A stretch of 64,000 nucleotides of DNA from Terrimicrobiaceae bacterium. GTDB lineage: Bacteria; Verrucomicrobiota; Verrucomicrobiia; Chthoniobacterales; Terrimicrobiaceae. The DNA lies in NCBI GenBank assembly GCA_041752695.1, contig JBGSVZ010000042.1:22064-86063 (forward strand). The letters run 5' to 3'. Below are positions 36,403 through 46,754 of this stretch, in pieces. Within the stretch, counting starts at the first letter, position 1. Each line of letters begins with the position of its first letter. A model generated the notes under the pieces. The model saw only the letters and a program-made list of their open reading frames with translations, did not search any database and was not told the origin of the DNA. The position numbers were made by a program, and so were the translations under genes.

Positions 36403-37992
36403 TCAAAACTTCAGAGTGATGGCCACGCCCATGGTGTTACTGACGTAGTCGTTGCCCACATTGCTGCCGAAGCGCTGTTGCAGGTTGTCGAAAAGCTGGA
36501 TTTCGACCCGGTTGAGGAACTGGTAAGAGAGAGACATGCCGCCCTGCACGAAAGAATAATGCCCGTCCTCACTTTGCTCATCCGTGAGCTGTTCGGCGTA
36601 CCCAAATCCCAGCTCCAGCCGGAAATTAATGCGCTCGAAAAATCGAATGAGCACCGAGGTGTTGGCCCCGGTGGTGATGTTCAGACTCACATCGTTGAAG
36701 GTGGTGTTGAGCACGTCGCGATAGAACGTGATGTTAAAGAGCGTGGTTGAGGACGGGTTGTAGCTGCACTGCAGGTTAAAGACCGGGATGCCGAGTTCGT
36801 TGCGTCCCTCCTCACTGATCGAGAGGTGCCGCATTTCGATCCCCGCCTCGCCTGACAGCACCAGCCCATCGGTGATTCGCCACGAACTTGTCATCTGCAC
36901 CGTTTCGTAAACCTGGGTTTCGGCCGGCGCGACATAGGTCCCGACCTTGAGGGACAGTCCCGCCTTGACCGAAGTGGTCAGTTGGTAATACGCCCGACCC
37001 TTCACGGAATGTTCGACCTGCGATCCGCCGGGCTCGGTGTCTTGCCAGACACTTTCCCCTGTGAGTTCGACGGCGACTTTTTGCGTGACCGGATACTCCG
37101 CAAAAACGCGGGTGAGAAAGGTGTTCTGTTTGGCGAAACCGCCTTCGTCATTGTCCACAAAAAGCCCGTTGGTCGTTAGATAGAAGGTATCGAGCCCGAG
37201 TTTCAGCTTGGTGAAAGGATACCGCAGCCGAAAAAACACGGACTGATTCACGCTGCCCAGATCCTTGTTTTTGGCAAAACTCACCACCGTCGGGGCATAT
37301 AGGAGCTGCGCTTTGCCGCGGGTGCCGGCCTCCAGGAATACGGCGGGCAAAAGCGTGGTGATCATGTCGCCTTGGGGGTTGGATGGCTCGCCGAAGACGT
37401 TGTTATTGTAGGCGGTGGAAACTCCGAGATCCACGCCGACGCGGAAGGGGCCGACCGGAGTGAGGGGCCGCACCCGTTTAAAAACCGGAATCGCCCTCGG
37501 CGCATAAACCATCGGGTAGAACGTTTCGCCGAACGGCAGTTCCGCCTCCTTACTTAGCCCCGCATAGGAAGGTCCGCCCGCCGAGAGTAACAGGGATTCT
37601 GCGGTAAAAACATTGCCCTCCGGCGTGGACAGCAACGAGCCCTCCGCGTTTTCGATGAAGAGATCGGAAAAGGGCACATCGCCCCTCGCCGCGGACGTGC
37701 CCTCCGTATCGGCCGCCGCCGCCTCGGCCTGCCCTGTGAGCGCCGCAGCGGCCGCCTGGAGGGGATCAAAATCATCCGGCAGGGTGAGGTCCTCCATCAC
37801 GTCGTACCACGGCGAAAAGGCACTGGGATTCTCCACCGACGGGGTGGTGGTTTCCGTGGTGGAGATATTGGGTTGAAAAGGCTGAGGCCCCTGCACCGGT
37901 TTCGGAGTGGGCGTGGGCGCAAGGGTCTGGGCTCCGACCACCGCCGGAAGGACGGCGACGAGCGCCAGCACCCACCGGATTTGCGGGATCAC
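36403..37992 (-). CDS. EPS-associated outer-membrane beta-barrel protein
   Basis: Signal peptide, Pro/Thr-rich linker, amphipathic strands, terminal Phe; coupled to wzc. Confidence 0.75.
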   Translation of the reverse strand: MIPQIRWVLALVAVLPAVVGAQTLAPTPTPKPVQGPQPFQPNISTTETTTPSVENPSAFSPWYDVMEDLTLPDDFDPLQAAAAALTGQAEAAAADTEGTSAARGDVPFSDLFIENAEGSLLSTPEGNVFTAESLLLSAGGPSYAGLSKEAELPFGETFYPMVYAPRAIPVFKRVRPLTPVGPFRVGVDLGVSTAYNNNVFGEPSNPQGDMITTLLPAVFLEAGTRGKAQLLYAPTVVSFAKNKDLGSVNQSVFFRLRYPFTKLKLGLDTFYLTTNGLFVDNDEGGFAKQNTFLTRVFAEYPVTQKVAVELTGESVWQDTEPGGSQVEHSVKGRAYYQLTTSVKAGLSLKVGTYVAPAETQVYETVQMTSSWRITDGLVLSGEAGIEMRHLSISEEGRNELGIPVFNLQCSYNPSSTTLFNITFYRDVLNTTFNDVSLNITTGANTSVLIRFFERINFRLELGFGYAEQLTDEQSEDGHYSFVQGGMSLSYQFLNRVEIQLFDNLQQRFGSNVGNDYVSNTMGVAITLKF

Positions 37993-40568
37993 GGCCCGCC
38001 GCGCCAGATTTGAATCGCCTCCAGCAGCCGGGCGCGCGCCTCCTCCCGCGACTGCCCACTGCCCGACAGCCCGTTCACCACCTGAGTGAAGAGCTCGTTG
38101 CGACGCGCAGCGGCTTGGGAATTGTCGAGGTGATGGTCGCCGGAGAGTTCGTTGCGCCAGATTTTCAGGGTGAGCAAAAGTTTGGCCCGGGCCTCGTCCG
38201 GGGGCATGCCCGAAGCCATCAACCGGTCCTGCAGCTCGCCGAAAATCTGTCTTCGCACCTCACCGGGCTCAGTGAAATCCCGCCGATTCTCCGAAGGAAC
38301 CCTCACCGAAGCCCCGCAGGCACAGGAGCGAATGACCTGGAGGCCGGGGCGACCTTCCGCGTTGTTTTCCAACGCGCGAGTCTCGGCCAGAAAATCTTCC
38401 AGAGTTCGATACGTCTTGCCGCAGGCTCCACAGGTCACCGGAAAGCCCAGCAAATCCTGCGAAGATGACTCCTCCGGCTGCGAGGTCGGGGTCCGAACGT
38501 TTTTCTGCGCCACCCCGTTCATAATGAGGCCGGAGGGTTTCGCCCCGGCCCGGCTGATCATTTCGAGACTCCGTTCCACGGCGGCTTTCGCGGTCTTACC
38601 CGCCCGGAAAACCAGACAGATCACAGGGAAAAATCGCACAAACCCGAGCGTGTCACTCACCGGCTCAACCGGAGCAGAATCAAAAATAATCCGGTCGTAA
38701 TGCTGTCCCGCCTCCTCCAGAAATTCTTCGAAGCGCTGCCGGGAAAGCAACTCCGCCGGATGCGCGGTGGGGCTTCCGGCAGCCACCAGATCCAGATTGG
38801 CCACGGTGGTCGCGTGAATCACGGAAGAAAATCCCGACATCCCCTGGAGGTAGTCGGAAAGCCCCTGCGCGCCGCGGGAGCCCAGCGCGAGCTGCTCCAG
38901 CACCGGGTGCCGCAGATGCGCATCCACCAACAGGGTGCGCTGTCCGGTTTGCGCCAGCGCGATGCTGAGATTCAGGGCGCAGAACGATTTCCCTTCGCCC
39001 GGCAGGGCGCTGGTGACGAGGGCAAACGCAGAGTTTGGCCCATCCTCGCGCAGCCGGATCGCCGTGCGCAGGGTGCGAAACGCCTCCGCCACGGACGAGT
39101 ACCGGTCGTTGATCACCGGGCTGTTTTTTAGATCCCCAGTGGCGGAAGAAGACTGCGGCACGGCGGTCAGGACGGAGAGATGAAACGCCGTCTCGGCCTC
39201 CTCCACCGTTTTCACACTCGAATCGAGCTGGAGAATCAGGAGCAGGAGACCCACTCCGACCATCAGTCCGCCCAACAGGCCGACAGCCAGCACCTTGAGC
39301 CGCGAAACACTCACAGGATAAGCCGGTCCGGCCGCTTTGACGAGCTGCAGCAGGACGGGCTGGCTCCGGGATTGGGACACTTCTTCGTTGAGGCGGCTCA
39401 ACGTCGTCGCATAAGACAATTTTTCCGCATCGATCTGACGTTTCAGCACCAAAGAATTCAGAGAGAGTTGCTTGAGTTCGATCACCCGGCTTTCCTGCGA
39501 AGCCTGCTCGCGGGCCAGTCCCTCCTCGTTGCGCTGGGCGGAGGCCAGGGCAACTTCCACACTGCGCGGTGCCTGGAGGATTTCCTGTTTGAGAGTTTTT
39601 TCTACCTCCCGCAGCTCGGTCTGGGTCTGGATCATCAGCGGGTTCATCGGTCCATACCGCTGGGCCAGCTTCACCAACTGACCGCGCAGTTCGCTCGCCC
39701 GGAGGTACAGGCGCTCGACGGCGGGCACTTTCGCAATGCTTTCGATGGCGAGAAGTTTGTCCGGGTCGTTCAGGCAGGCCTGGATCTGTTCGTAGTCGCT
39801 GGCGAGCTTGAGGCGCTCGGATTTTGCCTGCGTCAGGCGGGAATTAAAATCCCGGAGCTGGTCGGCCTCAATGTTCATCTGATCATCGATGGAAACGCTG
39901 CCAAGCTTGCGCATCTCATCGTTGTACTTTTTTTCCGCCTCGCGCAGGGTCGCCTCCTGCTTCGCCGCTTCCTCTTTCAAAAAAACCACATTTCCTCCCA
40001 AGGCCTGCACGCGTTGCTCGCGGTCCTCTTCGATACCCTGCTCCGCCAGCACATCCGCCACCCTCTGCGCTGTTTCCGGATTCCAATTTTCGAAGGAAAC
40101 CTCAATCAACCGCGTATCCTGCCTCAGCGCCACGGTGCTGTTCTCCATGAGATAACCCATCAACTCCTCCCGGGTCACGTCTGATGCCGGACGGCCCTGA
40201 CCAACAAAGTTATCCGTGGTTTTGAGGTTCAGCGCCCTGATCACGCGCTCCATCACCTTGGGGTTGAGAAAGCTCGCCTCGATGGTCTTGAGATCTTCCG
40301 TCGTCGTCGCGCCCTCCAGCGCCGCCGGGCTGTTGCCCGACCCAATGGATGTTGCTGAACGGCGCTCCACCTTGATCTCCGCCGCTGACCGAAAGGCCGG
40401 CTTCACGTTTTGGAAATACAGCAACGCCAGTCCGACCCCAACCGCTACGGTGAGAAACGGAATCCACCAAAACCGTCGCAGCACGGCGAACAGCTTTTTC
40501 AGATCGATGGGCGACCCACCTCCCGAGGGGGAAAACGGGTCAGCCGCTCCTGCGTCCTCGAAGGCCAT
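37989..40568 (-). CDS. Wzc/GumC-like polysaccharide co-polymerase / BY-kinase-like protein with atypical C-terminal extension
   Basis: Two TMs flanking a coiled coil, EAFRTLRT, Walker A PGEGKS, LVDAHLR, IIFDSAP. Confidence 0.9.
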   Translation of the reverse strand: MAFEDAGAADPFSPSGGGSPIDLKKLFAVLRRFWWIPFLTVAVGVGLALLYFQNVKPAFRSAAEIKVERRSATSIGSGNSPAALEGATTTEDLKTIEASFLNPKVMERVIRALNLKTTDNFVGQGRPASDVTREELMGYLMENSTVALRQDTRLIEVSFENWNPETAQRVADVLAEQGIEEDREQRVQALGGNVVFLKEEAAKQEATLREAEKKYNDEMRKLGSVSIDDQMNIEADQLRDFNSRLTQAKSERLKLASDYEQIQACLNDPDKLLAIESIAKVPAVERLYLRASELRGQLVKLAQRYGPMNPLMIQTQTELREVEKTLKQEILQAPRSVEVALASAQRNEEGLAREQASQESRVIELKQLSLNSLVLKRQIDAEKLSYATTLSRLNEEVSQSRSQPVLLQLVKAAGPAYPVSVSRLKVLAVGLLGGLMVGVGLLLLILQLDSSVKTVEEAETAFHLSVLTAVPQSSSATGDLKNSPVINDRYSSVAEAFRTLRTAIRLREDGPNSAFALVTSALPGEGKSFCALNLSIALAQTGQRTLLVDAHLRHPVLEQLALGSRGAQGLSDYLQGMSGFSSVIHATTVANLDLVAAGSPTAHPAELLSRQRFEEFLEEAGQHYDRIIFDSAPVEPVSDTLGFVRFFPVICLVFRAGKTAKAAVERSLEMISRAGAKPSGLIMNGVAQKNVRTPTSQPEESSSQDLLGFPVTCGACGKTYRTLEDFLAETRALENNAEGRPGLQVIRSCACGASVRVPSENRRDFTEPGEVRRQIFGELQDRLMASGMPPDEARAKLLLTLKIWRNELSGDHHLDNSQAAARRNELFTQVVNGLSGSGQSREEARARLLEAIQIWRGGP

Positions 40569-41204
40569 CTAAAACACCGTCTCCGCGACGAAGATCACGT
40601 CACCCTCGCGCACATTAAAGTACTGGGCCGTGGCCGACAGCGCGTTCACCCGGATGCGTTTGACCTCGCCGTCCTTCTTCCGGCTCACAAAAACTTTTTT
40701 CAAATTTCCGATATCGGAATTCCCACCCGCCATCGCAATGGCCTCCGGCAGCGACACGGTTTGTTCCGGCGGAATGACATAACTCCCCGGACGCTGCACC
40801 CGGCCCCACACGGTGAAACGTCGTGGCGAATAGGCCAGCACGGTGATGTTGACCTGGGGATTAATGAGATACTTTTTGTCGAGTAGCTTGGAAATGCGTT
40901 CCGCCGCCTGCTCGACCGTCTCGCCCTGCACGGGCACCCGTCCGATCAGCCCCACGGAAATCGTCCCGTCTCCCTGCACCCGCTGACGAGTCGTCATTCC
41001 GGGCTCCTGAAACACATCCACCTGCACAATGTCCCCCACCCTCAAGTGATACACCTCACTCGCCGCCGGCTCGTTGAGGGCCTCCAGCATCTCCGAGGAC
41101 TCGGGAGGAGTCGTCTCACACCCCACCAGCGCACAACCCAAAAGGACCGGCAGCACGGCGCCGCGCATGAGAGCGGGTAAAGTCTTGTCGGAGAGGAAGT
41201 TCAT
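40569..41204 (-). CDS. Polysaccharide export lipoprotein (Wza/SLBB)
   Basis: Lipobox LVGC, Y.L.VGD, DGTI, G.V.RPG.Y, AIAMAGG, GD.IFV. Confidence 0.9.
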   Translation of the reverse strand: MNFLSDKTLPALMRGAVLPVLLGCALVGCETTPPESSEMLEALNEPAASEVYHLRVGDIVQVDVFQEPGMTTRQRVQGDGTISVGLIGRVPVQGETVEQAAERISKLLDKKYLINPQVNITVLAYSPRRFTVWGRVQRPGSYVIPPEQTVSLPEAIAMAGGNSDIGNLKKVFVSRKKDGEVKRIRVNALSATAQYFNVREGDVIFVAETVF

Positions 41205-41250
41205 AGCCGTTCGCCGCGACTCTCCGCGGGCAAAACGGAGACAGCGCAAA

Positions 41251-41274
41251 GTATTGACACGGCCTTGTCAATAC
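41251..41274. promoter_or_regulatory. Palindromic operator or divergent promoter element
   Basis: GTATTGACA-CGGCCT-TGTCAATAC, perfect 9-bp arms between divergent wza and vanZ-like genes. Confidence 0.6.
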
Positions 41275-41290
41275 CTCCATCAAAGAGGGC

Positions 41291-42256
41291 TTGGAAGATT
41301 TTTCTCGGTTCGCGCGGCGGTGGCTGCCCGTGGTGATTTGGATGGTTCTCATCCTCGTGGCCTCGACCGACCTCGGCTCCCTTGGGATGTCCCGCCGCAT
41401 CCTCAACCCCCTTCTCCTCTGGTGGGATCCTCAGATGTCCCACCGCGATCTTTACGCCGCCAATATCGTCTTCCGCAAAGCCTCCCACGTGGTGGAATTC
41501 GCCGTGCTCGCCATCCTCCTCTGGCGCACGCGGGATCTCTTGAAAAACCCGTGGTCCGGCTCCTGTTCCTTGCGACTGGGCGGGATGGTGCTCGCAGTTT
41601 GCGCCTTCTTTGCGGTTTCCACCGAACTGGTGCAATACGCCTCCCGCAACCGGGCCGCGTCACCCTGGGATGCCCTGATCAATCTGGGAGGCTCCGGCCT
41701 CGGCCTTGCCTCCATTTTTGTCGTCAAATGGGTCCGCCGTCCCCGCCACCAGCCCAATACTTCGCGCATCCTCATCGCCTCCGGGGTGAATCTGGAACAC
41801 GCGGAAGACACCACCGTGCTTTCGGATATTTGGGAGACCGTCGCCGAAATTCGCCCCGACATCGTGATTGTTCTCGGCCCGGTCGGTCCCGTCGAGCGTG
41901 CCTCCGAATGGCTGGTTTTGCTGAAGGAAACGGCGGCGCCCTCTCGCGTCATTGTCCATCCGGAAAGTCCCGCTTGGCAGACCGCCGCCGATGCCGCCGG
42001 ACTGAGTTCCCTCACGTCGGGGAATGTGGAACTCCCCCGGCTTACTCTCGCCGGGGGTAACGGTTCGATCATCCTAACCCCCAAACCGACCGGCCCTCCA
42101 GTGGTCTTTGACTCCGACTATTTTTCCCGGAATGCCGAAGGCTTGCGGCAAATTTCCTTGAGAGGAAAAACACCCGGACCACACTTTGCGGTTTACGATG
42201 TGGGCGCCGGAATCACCTCCGGCCCGTTCTCCGCCGCTGCGGCTCGCGGAGTCTGA
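41291..42256 (+). CDS. VanZ-family membrane protein with extra C-terminal domain
   Basis: RKASHVVEFAVL, TELVQ...R.ASPWD.LIN. Confidence 0.8.
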   Translation: MEDFSRFARRWLPVVIWMVLILVASTDLGSLGMSRRILNPLLLWWDPQMSHRDLYAANIVFRKASHVVEFAVLAILLWRTRDLLKNPWSGSCSLRLGGMVLAVCAFFAVSTELVQYASRNRAASPWDALINLGGSGLGLASIFVVKWVRRPRHQPNTSRILIASGVNLEHAEDTTVLSDIWETVAEIRPDIVIVLGPVGPVERASEWLVLLKETAAPSRVIVHPESPAWQTAADAAGLSSLTSGNVELPRLTLAGGNGSIILTPKPTGPPVVFDSDYFSRNAEGLRQISLRGKTPGPHFAVYDVGAGITSGPFSAAAARGV

Positions 42257-42342
42257 TCCTGGAGGGTGCCGGGCCCTCGGCACCCAGGGATGCGAAGACC
42301 CGTCCCCTCCAGTCCCCAAAAACGGACAAGTTAAGAAATCCC

Positions 42343-42915
42343 TTAGACTGCGAGACAGCCGCGGAACCCTCGCACCCCATAATAGGACTGGGCGCCGTTG
42401 TGTCCCACGAAGACCCGATCGTAGCGGCGTTCATAATACAGCGCGCCGCCGAGTTTCCGCATGGCCTCGGGAGTCTTTACCCAGCTCGAAGTCTTCAGAT
42501 CGAACTCGCCCAGCTTTTGCAGCGTCTGATATTGTTCTTCCGTCAATAACTCGATGCCCATCTCCGTGGCCAAATCCATCGCGTTGGTTTTCGGCCGGTG
42601 TTCCTTCCGCGATTCCCATCCCGCCCGATCGTAACACACACTCACCCGGCCCTTCGGCGTCTCTGGCGAGCAGTCAAAAAAGGAATATACGCCCGTCTTT
42701 TTATCCCAATCCACCACATCCGGTTCACCGCCGGTTTTTTCCATCTGCTGGAGCGACCAAAGTTTTTCCGGATGCGCCAATAATTTTGCTTCGACCTCGG
42801 CCCAGGCGAGTCCTTTGTGGCGGTTCTGATTGGTCTCAAAGCGGGTCCGCAAGATACCCAACAATTCCCCGGCATCATCGACCGACAGTGCGTTTTTTGT
42901 TCCAGAGGGTTTCAT
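42343..42915 (-). CDS. DUF4256-like protein
   Basis: MEKTGGEPDV, DCSPETPKGR, FDLKTSSW, HNGAQSYY..RGFRG. Confidence 0.85.
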   Translation of the reverse strand: MKPSGTKNALSVDDAGELLGILRTRFETNQNRHKGLAWAEVEAKLLAHPEKLWSLQQMEKTGGEPDVVDWDKKTGVYSFFDCSPETPKGRVSVCYDRAGWESRKEHRPKTNAMDLATEMGIELLTEEQYQTLQKLGEFDLKTSSWVKTPEAMRKLGGALYYERRYDRVFVGHNGAQSYYGVRGFRGCLAV

Positions 42916-43050
42916 AAAAAATCTTCGCGAGGCTGGTTTCCAGCTTCCCTCCCTGTCAAGCACGGTCACGGAGCCATGCGAAAATTTCTGGGAGTCGTCG
43001 CGGAAAACGGCTGGCGCTTCACGAAACAGAATCCTTTAATGCCACGCTCC

Positions 43051-43446
43051 ATGAAATTTCTCCCTATCATCGCCGGTGTCCTGCTCGGTCTTCTTTTCGT
43101 GATGTCGGCCACTGTCGTGCTTTTCAGCCTGGCACCCACCCCCGAGCTCCCAGAGGGCAGTCCGGCCGCCGCGTTCTTCGCCGCCTTTGGACCCACCGGA
43201 TATCTAACATTCATTAAAGTCCTCGAACTTTTCGGAGGAGTCCTGGTCGCCATACCCCGTACGCGGAACATCGGGCTTCTTCTCCTCGGGCCCATCATTG
43301 TGAACATCCTCGCCTTCCATATTTTTGTCGCCCGGGATGGCATTATGAATCCCATGCTGCTTGGCATCAGCGCCCTGGCACTTTTTCTCCTGTGGTCCGA
43401 ACGCCGGAGCTGGCTGGCTCTGATCAAGCGACCCACCCTGCGCTGA
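43051..43446 (+). CDS. DoxX-like membrane protein
   Basis: Four TMs, TGYL.FIK.LE, PIIVNILAFH. Confidence 0.75.
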   Translation: MKFLPIIAGVLLGLLFVMSATVVLFSLAPTPELPEGSPAAAFFAAFGPTGYLTFIKVLELFGGVLVAIPRTRNIGLLLLGPIIVNILAFHIFVARDGIMNPMLLGISALALFLLWSERRSWLALIKRPTLR

Positions 43447-43451
43447 AATCC

Positions 43452-44030
43452 ATGCCCGCCGCGGACGACAAACCCATCGTCAGTTTCCCCGACGTCGCGG
43501 CCTTTCGGAAGTGGCTGGGACTTCATCATGCCGATCACCTGGGAGTCTGGGTGCGATATTTCAAAAAAGCCAGTGGACACCAGACCATCATCCATCTTGA
43601 AGCGGTCCAGGAGGCGCTTTGCTGGGGCTGGATCGACGGACAGGCCCGTCCCCACGACGACGTTTCGTGGCTGGTGAAGTTCACGCCCCGGGGCCGCCGC
43701 AGCATCTGGTCGCAGGTGAACATTGGCCATGTCGAGCGACTGACCGCGGCGGGCCGCATGCAACCCGCCGGACTCGCCGCCGTGGAAGCGGCGAAAGCCG
43801 ACGGTCGCTGGGCCGCTGCCTACGCCTCAACAAGTACCTTTGTTATGCCTGAGGATTTCCTGAGCGCACTGGCCAGCAAACCCCGGGCGCTGGCCTTTTA
43901 CGAATCCCTTACTCAAACAAACCGATACGCCATTTATTTCCGCCTGCACACGGCCAAACGTCCCGAGACACGAGCCAAACGCCTGCAAGATTTTCTCGCC
44001 ATGCTCGAGCGCGGCGAGAAACTGCATTAG
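43452..44030 (+). CDS. YdeI/OmpD-associated family protein
   Basis: EALCWGWIDG, FTPR..SIWS..N, GRM..AG, AKRPETR. Confidence 0.9.
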   Translation: MPAADDKPIVSFPDVAAFRKWLGLHHADHLGVWVRYFKKASGHQTIIHLEAVQEALCWGWIDGQARPHDDVSWLVKFTPRGRRSIWSQVNIGHVERLTAAGRMQPAGLAAVEAAKADGRWAAAYASTSTFVMPEDFLSALASKPRALAFYESLTQTNRYAIYFRLHTAKRPETRAKRLQDFLAMLERGEKLH

Positions 44031-44039
44031 CAAAGACTT

Positions 44040-44516
44040 TCAGTCGGCCGCAGTGGCTCCGGGCGGAACAGCCCCCGCTTCAACCTCCGCCACCTTCCCC
44101 AAACGCCGCAGGTGGCGGGGCTCGGAGCTAAACACCGCCTCGACATAAGTCTTCACCAAGTCCCAGGCGACCTCCGGTCCGACGGTGCGGCCGCCCATGC
44201 AGAGGATGTTCATGTGATCATCTTCGACGCCTTGTTTGGCGGAAAAATGGTCATGGATAAGCGCAGCACGGATGCCGGGGACTTTGTTGGCGCAGACGGA
44301 GGCTCCCACCCCACTGCCGCAAATGGCGATGCCGCGCGTGACTTCGCCCGCCGCGACCGCACGAGCCAGCGGGACCACGTAGTCGGGGTAGTCGTCGCCG
44401 GAATTCAGATGGTGGGCACCGAAGTCGGTGACGTCGTGGCCCTCGGCCTGGAGGCGGGCGACGAGTTCTTCCTTGAGGCCGAAACCTCCGTGGTCAGTGG
44501 CGATGCCAAGCTTCAT
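44040..44516 (-). CDS. rpiB: Ribose-5-phosphate isomerase B family
   Basis: DHGGF.LK, DDYPD, CGSGVG, ANK.PGIRA, RHLRR. Confidence 0.93.
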   Translation of the reverse strand: MKLGIATDHGGFGLKEELVARLQAEGHDVTDFGAHHLNSGDDYPDYVVPLARAVAAGEVTRGIAICGSGVGASVCANKVPGIRAALIHDHFSAKQGVEDDHMNILCMGGRTVGPEVAWDLVKTYVEAVFSSEPRHLRRLGKVAEVEAGAVPPGATAAD

Positions 44517-44584
44517 GTCAGATGTTTGATGTTTGAAGACTGGGCGGGAGGCCGATTTTTTCTCCGCGTCCCCGTCTCTCTTCC

Positions 44585-46216
44585 TCAGCCTTTCATCTTC
44601 CGGTAGCGTTTGATGAGGGCATTGGTGGAGCTGTCGTGTTTGAGTTTCGGAGTGGACGTGCTTTCCAACTCGGGAATGATGGCCTGGGCCAGCGCCTTTC
44701 CGAGCTCGACGCCCCATTGGTCGAAGGAATTGATCTGCCAGATGACTCCCTGGGTAAAGACACTGTGTTCGTAGAGGGCGACCAGCGAACCGAGAACTTC
44801 GGGAGTGAGGCTGTCAGCGAGGATAGTATTCGACGGACGGTTGCCTTCGAAGACCCGGTGCGGGACGAGCCAGTCGGGGGTGCCTTCGGCTTTGACCTGC
44901 TCGGGGGTCTTGCCAAAAGCAAGAGCCTCGGCCTGGGCCAGGACGTTGGCGATGAGAATGTCGTGGTGGCGGCCCAGCGGAGTGAGCGCTTTGGCAAAGG
45001 CGAGAAAATCGCAAGGAATCAGGCGAGTACCCTGGTGGATGAGTTGGTAAAACGAATGCTGGCCGTTGGTGCCGGGTTCGCCCCAGTAGATCGGCCCGGT
45101 CTCGGCGTCGACTTTGTTGCCACTTAGGGTGACATGTTTGCCATTGCTCTCCATGGTGAGCTGTTGGAGGTAGGCTGGAAACCGTTTAAGGTATTGCTCG
45201 TAGGGCAGCACGGCCACGGTCTGCGCATTAAAAAAGTCGGTGTACCAAACAGCGAGCAAACCCATCAGGACGGGCAGGTTTTTCGCCAGCGGCGCGGTGC
45301 GGAAATGTTTGTCCATCGCGTGGAAGCCCGCCAGGAGCCTGCCGAAATTTTCGGGACCAACGGCCAGCATGGTGGAGAGACCAATGGCGGAGTCCATCGA
45401 ATACCGCCCCCCCACCCAATCCCAGAAGCCAAACATGTTGGCGGTGTCGATGCCGAAGGCGGAGACCTTTTCGGCGTTGGTCGAAACGGCGACAAAATGT
45501 TTGGCGACGGCCTTGTCGTTGCCGAGTCCCTGAACGAGCCAGTCGCGCGCACTCTGGGCGTTCGTCATCGTCTCCAGAGTGGTGAAGGTTTTCGACGAGA
45601 CGATGAACAGCGTTTCCGCGGGGTCGAGGTCGTGGGTGGCTTCGACAAAATCAATCCCATCCACATTCGAGACGAAGCGGAAGGTCATGTCGCGGCGGCT
45701 GTAGTGTTTCAGGGCCTCATAGGCCATGACGGGTCCAAGGTCGGAACCGCCGATGCCGATGTTGACGACGTTCTTGATTTTTTTGCCGGTGTGACCCTTC
45801 CATTTGCCGCTGCGGACGCGGTCGGCGAAGGCGCCCATTTTTTCCAAAACTTCGTGGACCTCGGGAACGACGTCCTTGCCATCGACGAGGATCTTCTGTC
45901 CCTTCGGCGCACGGAGGGCGACGTGGAGGACGGCGCGATTTTCCGTGATGTTGATTTTTTCGCCCGCAAACATGGCGTCCCGGTGCGCAGCCAGACCGGA
46001 TTCCTCCGCGAGCTGCAGAAGGAGCGTGAGTGTCTCTTCGGTGACGCGGTTCTTCGAGTAGTCGAGGAAAAGACCGGCGGCACTAGCGGTGAGTTTTTCC
46101 CCCCGCTTGGAATCAGCGGCGAAGAGTTCGCGCAAGGTGACATCCTTGATTTTTTTGTGATGAGCGGTGAGGGCTTTCCAGGCGGGGAGTTTGCTGAGCG
46201 GCTTGGTCGTTTTCAT
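44585..46216 (-). CDS. pgi: Glucose-6-phosphate isomerase
   Basis: [43 protein letters not shown]. Confidence 0.98.
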   Translation of the reverse strand: MKTTKPLSKLPAWKALTAHHKKIKDVTLRELFAADSKRGEKLTASAAGLFLDYSKNRVTEETLTLLLQLAEESGLAAHRDAMFAGEKINITENRAVLHVALRAPKGQKILVDGKDVVPEVHEVLEKMGAFADRVRSGKWKGHTGKKIKNVVNIGIGGSDLGPVMAYEALKHYSRRDMTFRFVSNVDGIDFVEATHDLDPAETLFIVSSKTFTTLETMTNAQSARDWLVQGLGNDKAVAKHFVAVSTNAEKVSAFGIDTANMFGFWDWVGGRYSMDSAIGLSTMLAVGPENFGRLLAGFHAMDKHFRTAPLAKNLPVLMGLLAVWYTDFFNAQTVAVLPYEQYLKRFPAYLQQLTMESNGKHVTLSGNKVDAETGPIYWGEPGTNGQHSFYQLIHQGTRLIPCDFLAFAKALTPLGRHHDILIANVLAQAEALAFGKTPEQVKAEGTPDWLVPHRVFEGNRPSNTILADSLTPEVLGSLVALYEHSVFTQGVIWQINSFDQWGVELGKALAQAIIPELESTSTPKLKHDSSTNALIKRYRKMKG

Positions 46217-46369
46217 GTGCGAAAGGCTCCTGCTTACAACGGGACATTGATTTTTAACAGGATTTCCGCTTGGGAACAGACGAGGAAAGGAAGGGCGGTT
46301 TCGGCGCAACTCCCCGAAATATTGCTCAAGCGCTGGCGGGAAAGAGGCGGATGGGCTAAAGAATAGGGC

Positions 46370-46630
46370 ATGAACCCAACCAACCGCGCCTCCTGCCCCG
46401 TCAACACCGCCAATTCGGAGCGGGCGGTCTCGGCCATTGGCGGGGCGATTATCGCCGGACTCGGGCTCGGAAAGCGCAACGCGGCGACGCCTTTTCTTCT
46501 CCTGCTCGGCGGGCTCCTCGTTTATCGTGGGGTGTCCGGAAATTGCAAATTATACGAAAAGCTGGGCATCGACACCTCGGACCACGCCAGCGACGTTGGC
46601 CCAGAGGGGTTGACGTGGGATGAAGTGTAG
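46370..46630 (+). CDS. DUF2892 (YgaP-like) small membrane protein
   Basis: N...ER..S, RGVSGNC.LY..LGI.T. Confidence 0.8.
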   Translation: MNPTNRASCPVNTANSERAVSAIGGAIIAGLGLGKRNAATPFLLLLGGLLVYRGVSGNCKLYEKLGIDTSDHASDVGPEGLTWDEV

Positions 46631-46754
46631 CCGCCCGCGGCGAACCATCTTCGGCTTTTGTTCGCGCCTGAGCCAGGTGCCGTCCGCCGGATGGCACCGG
46701 AATTAGCCCCGGCAAAAACGCATCCACCCACCCGGGGAGCCGCGATTTTTTATC

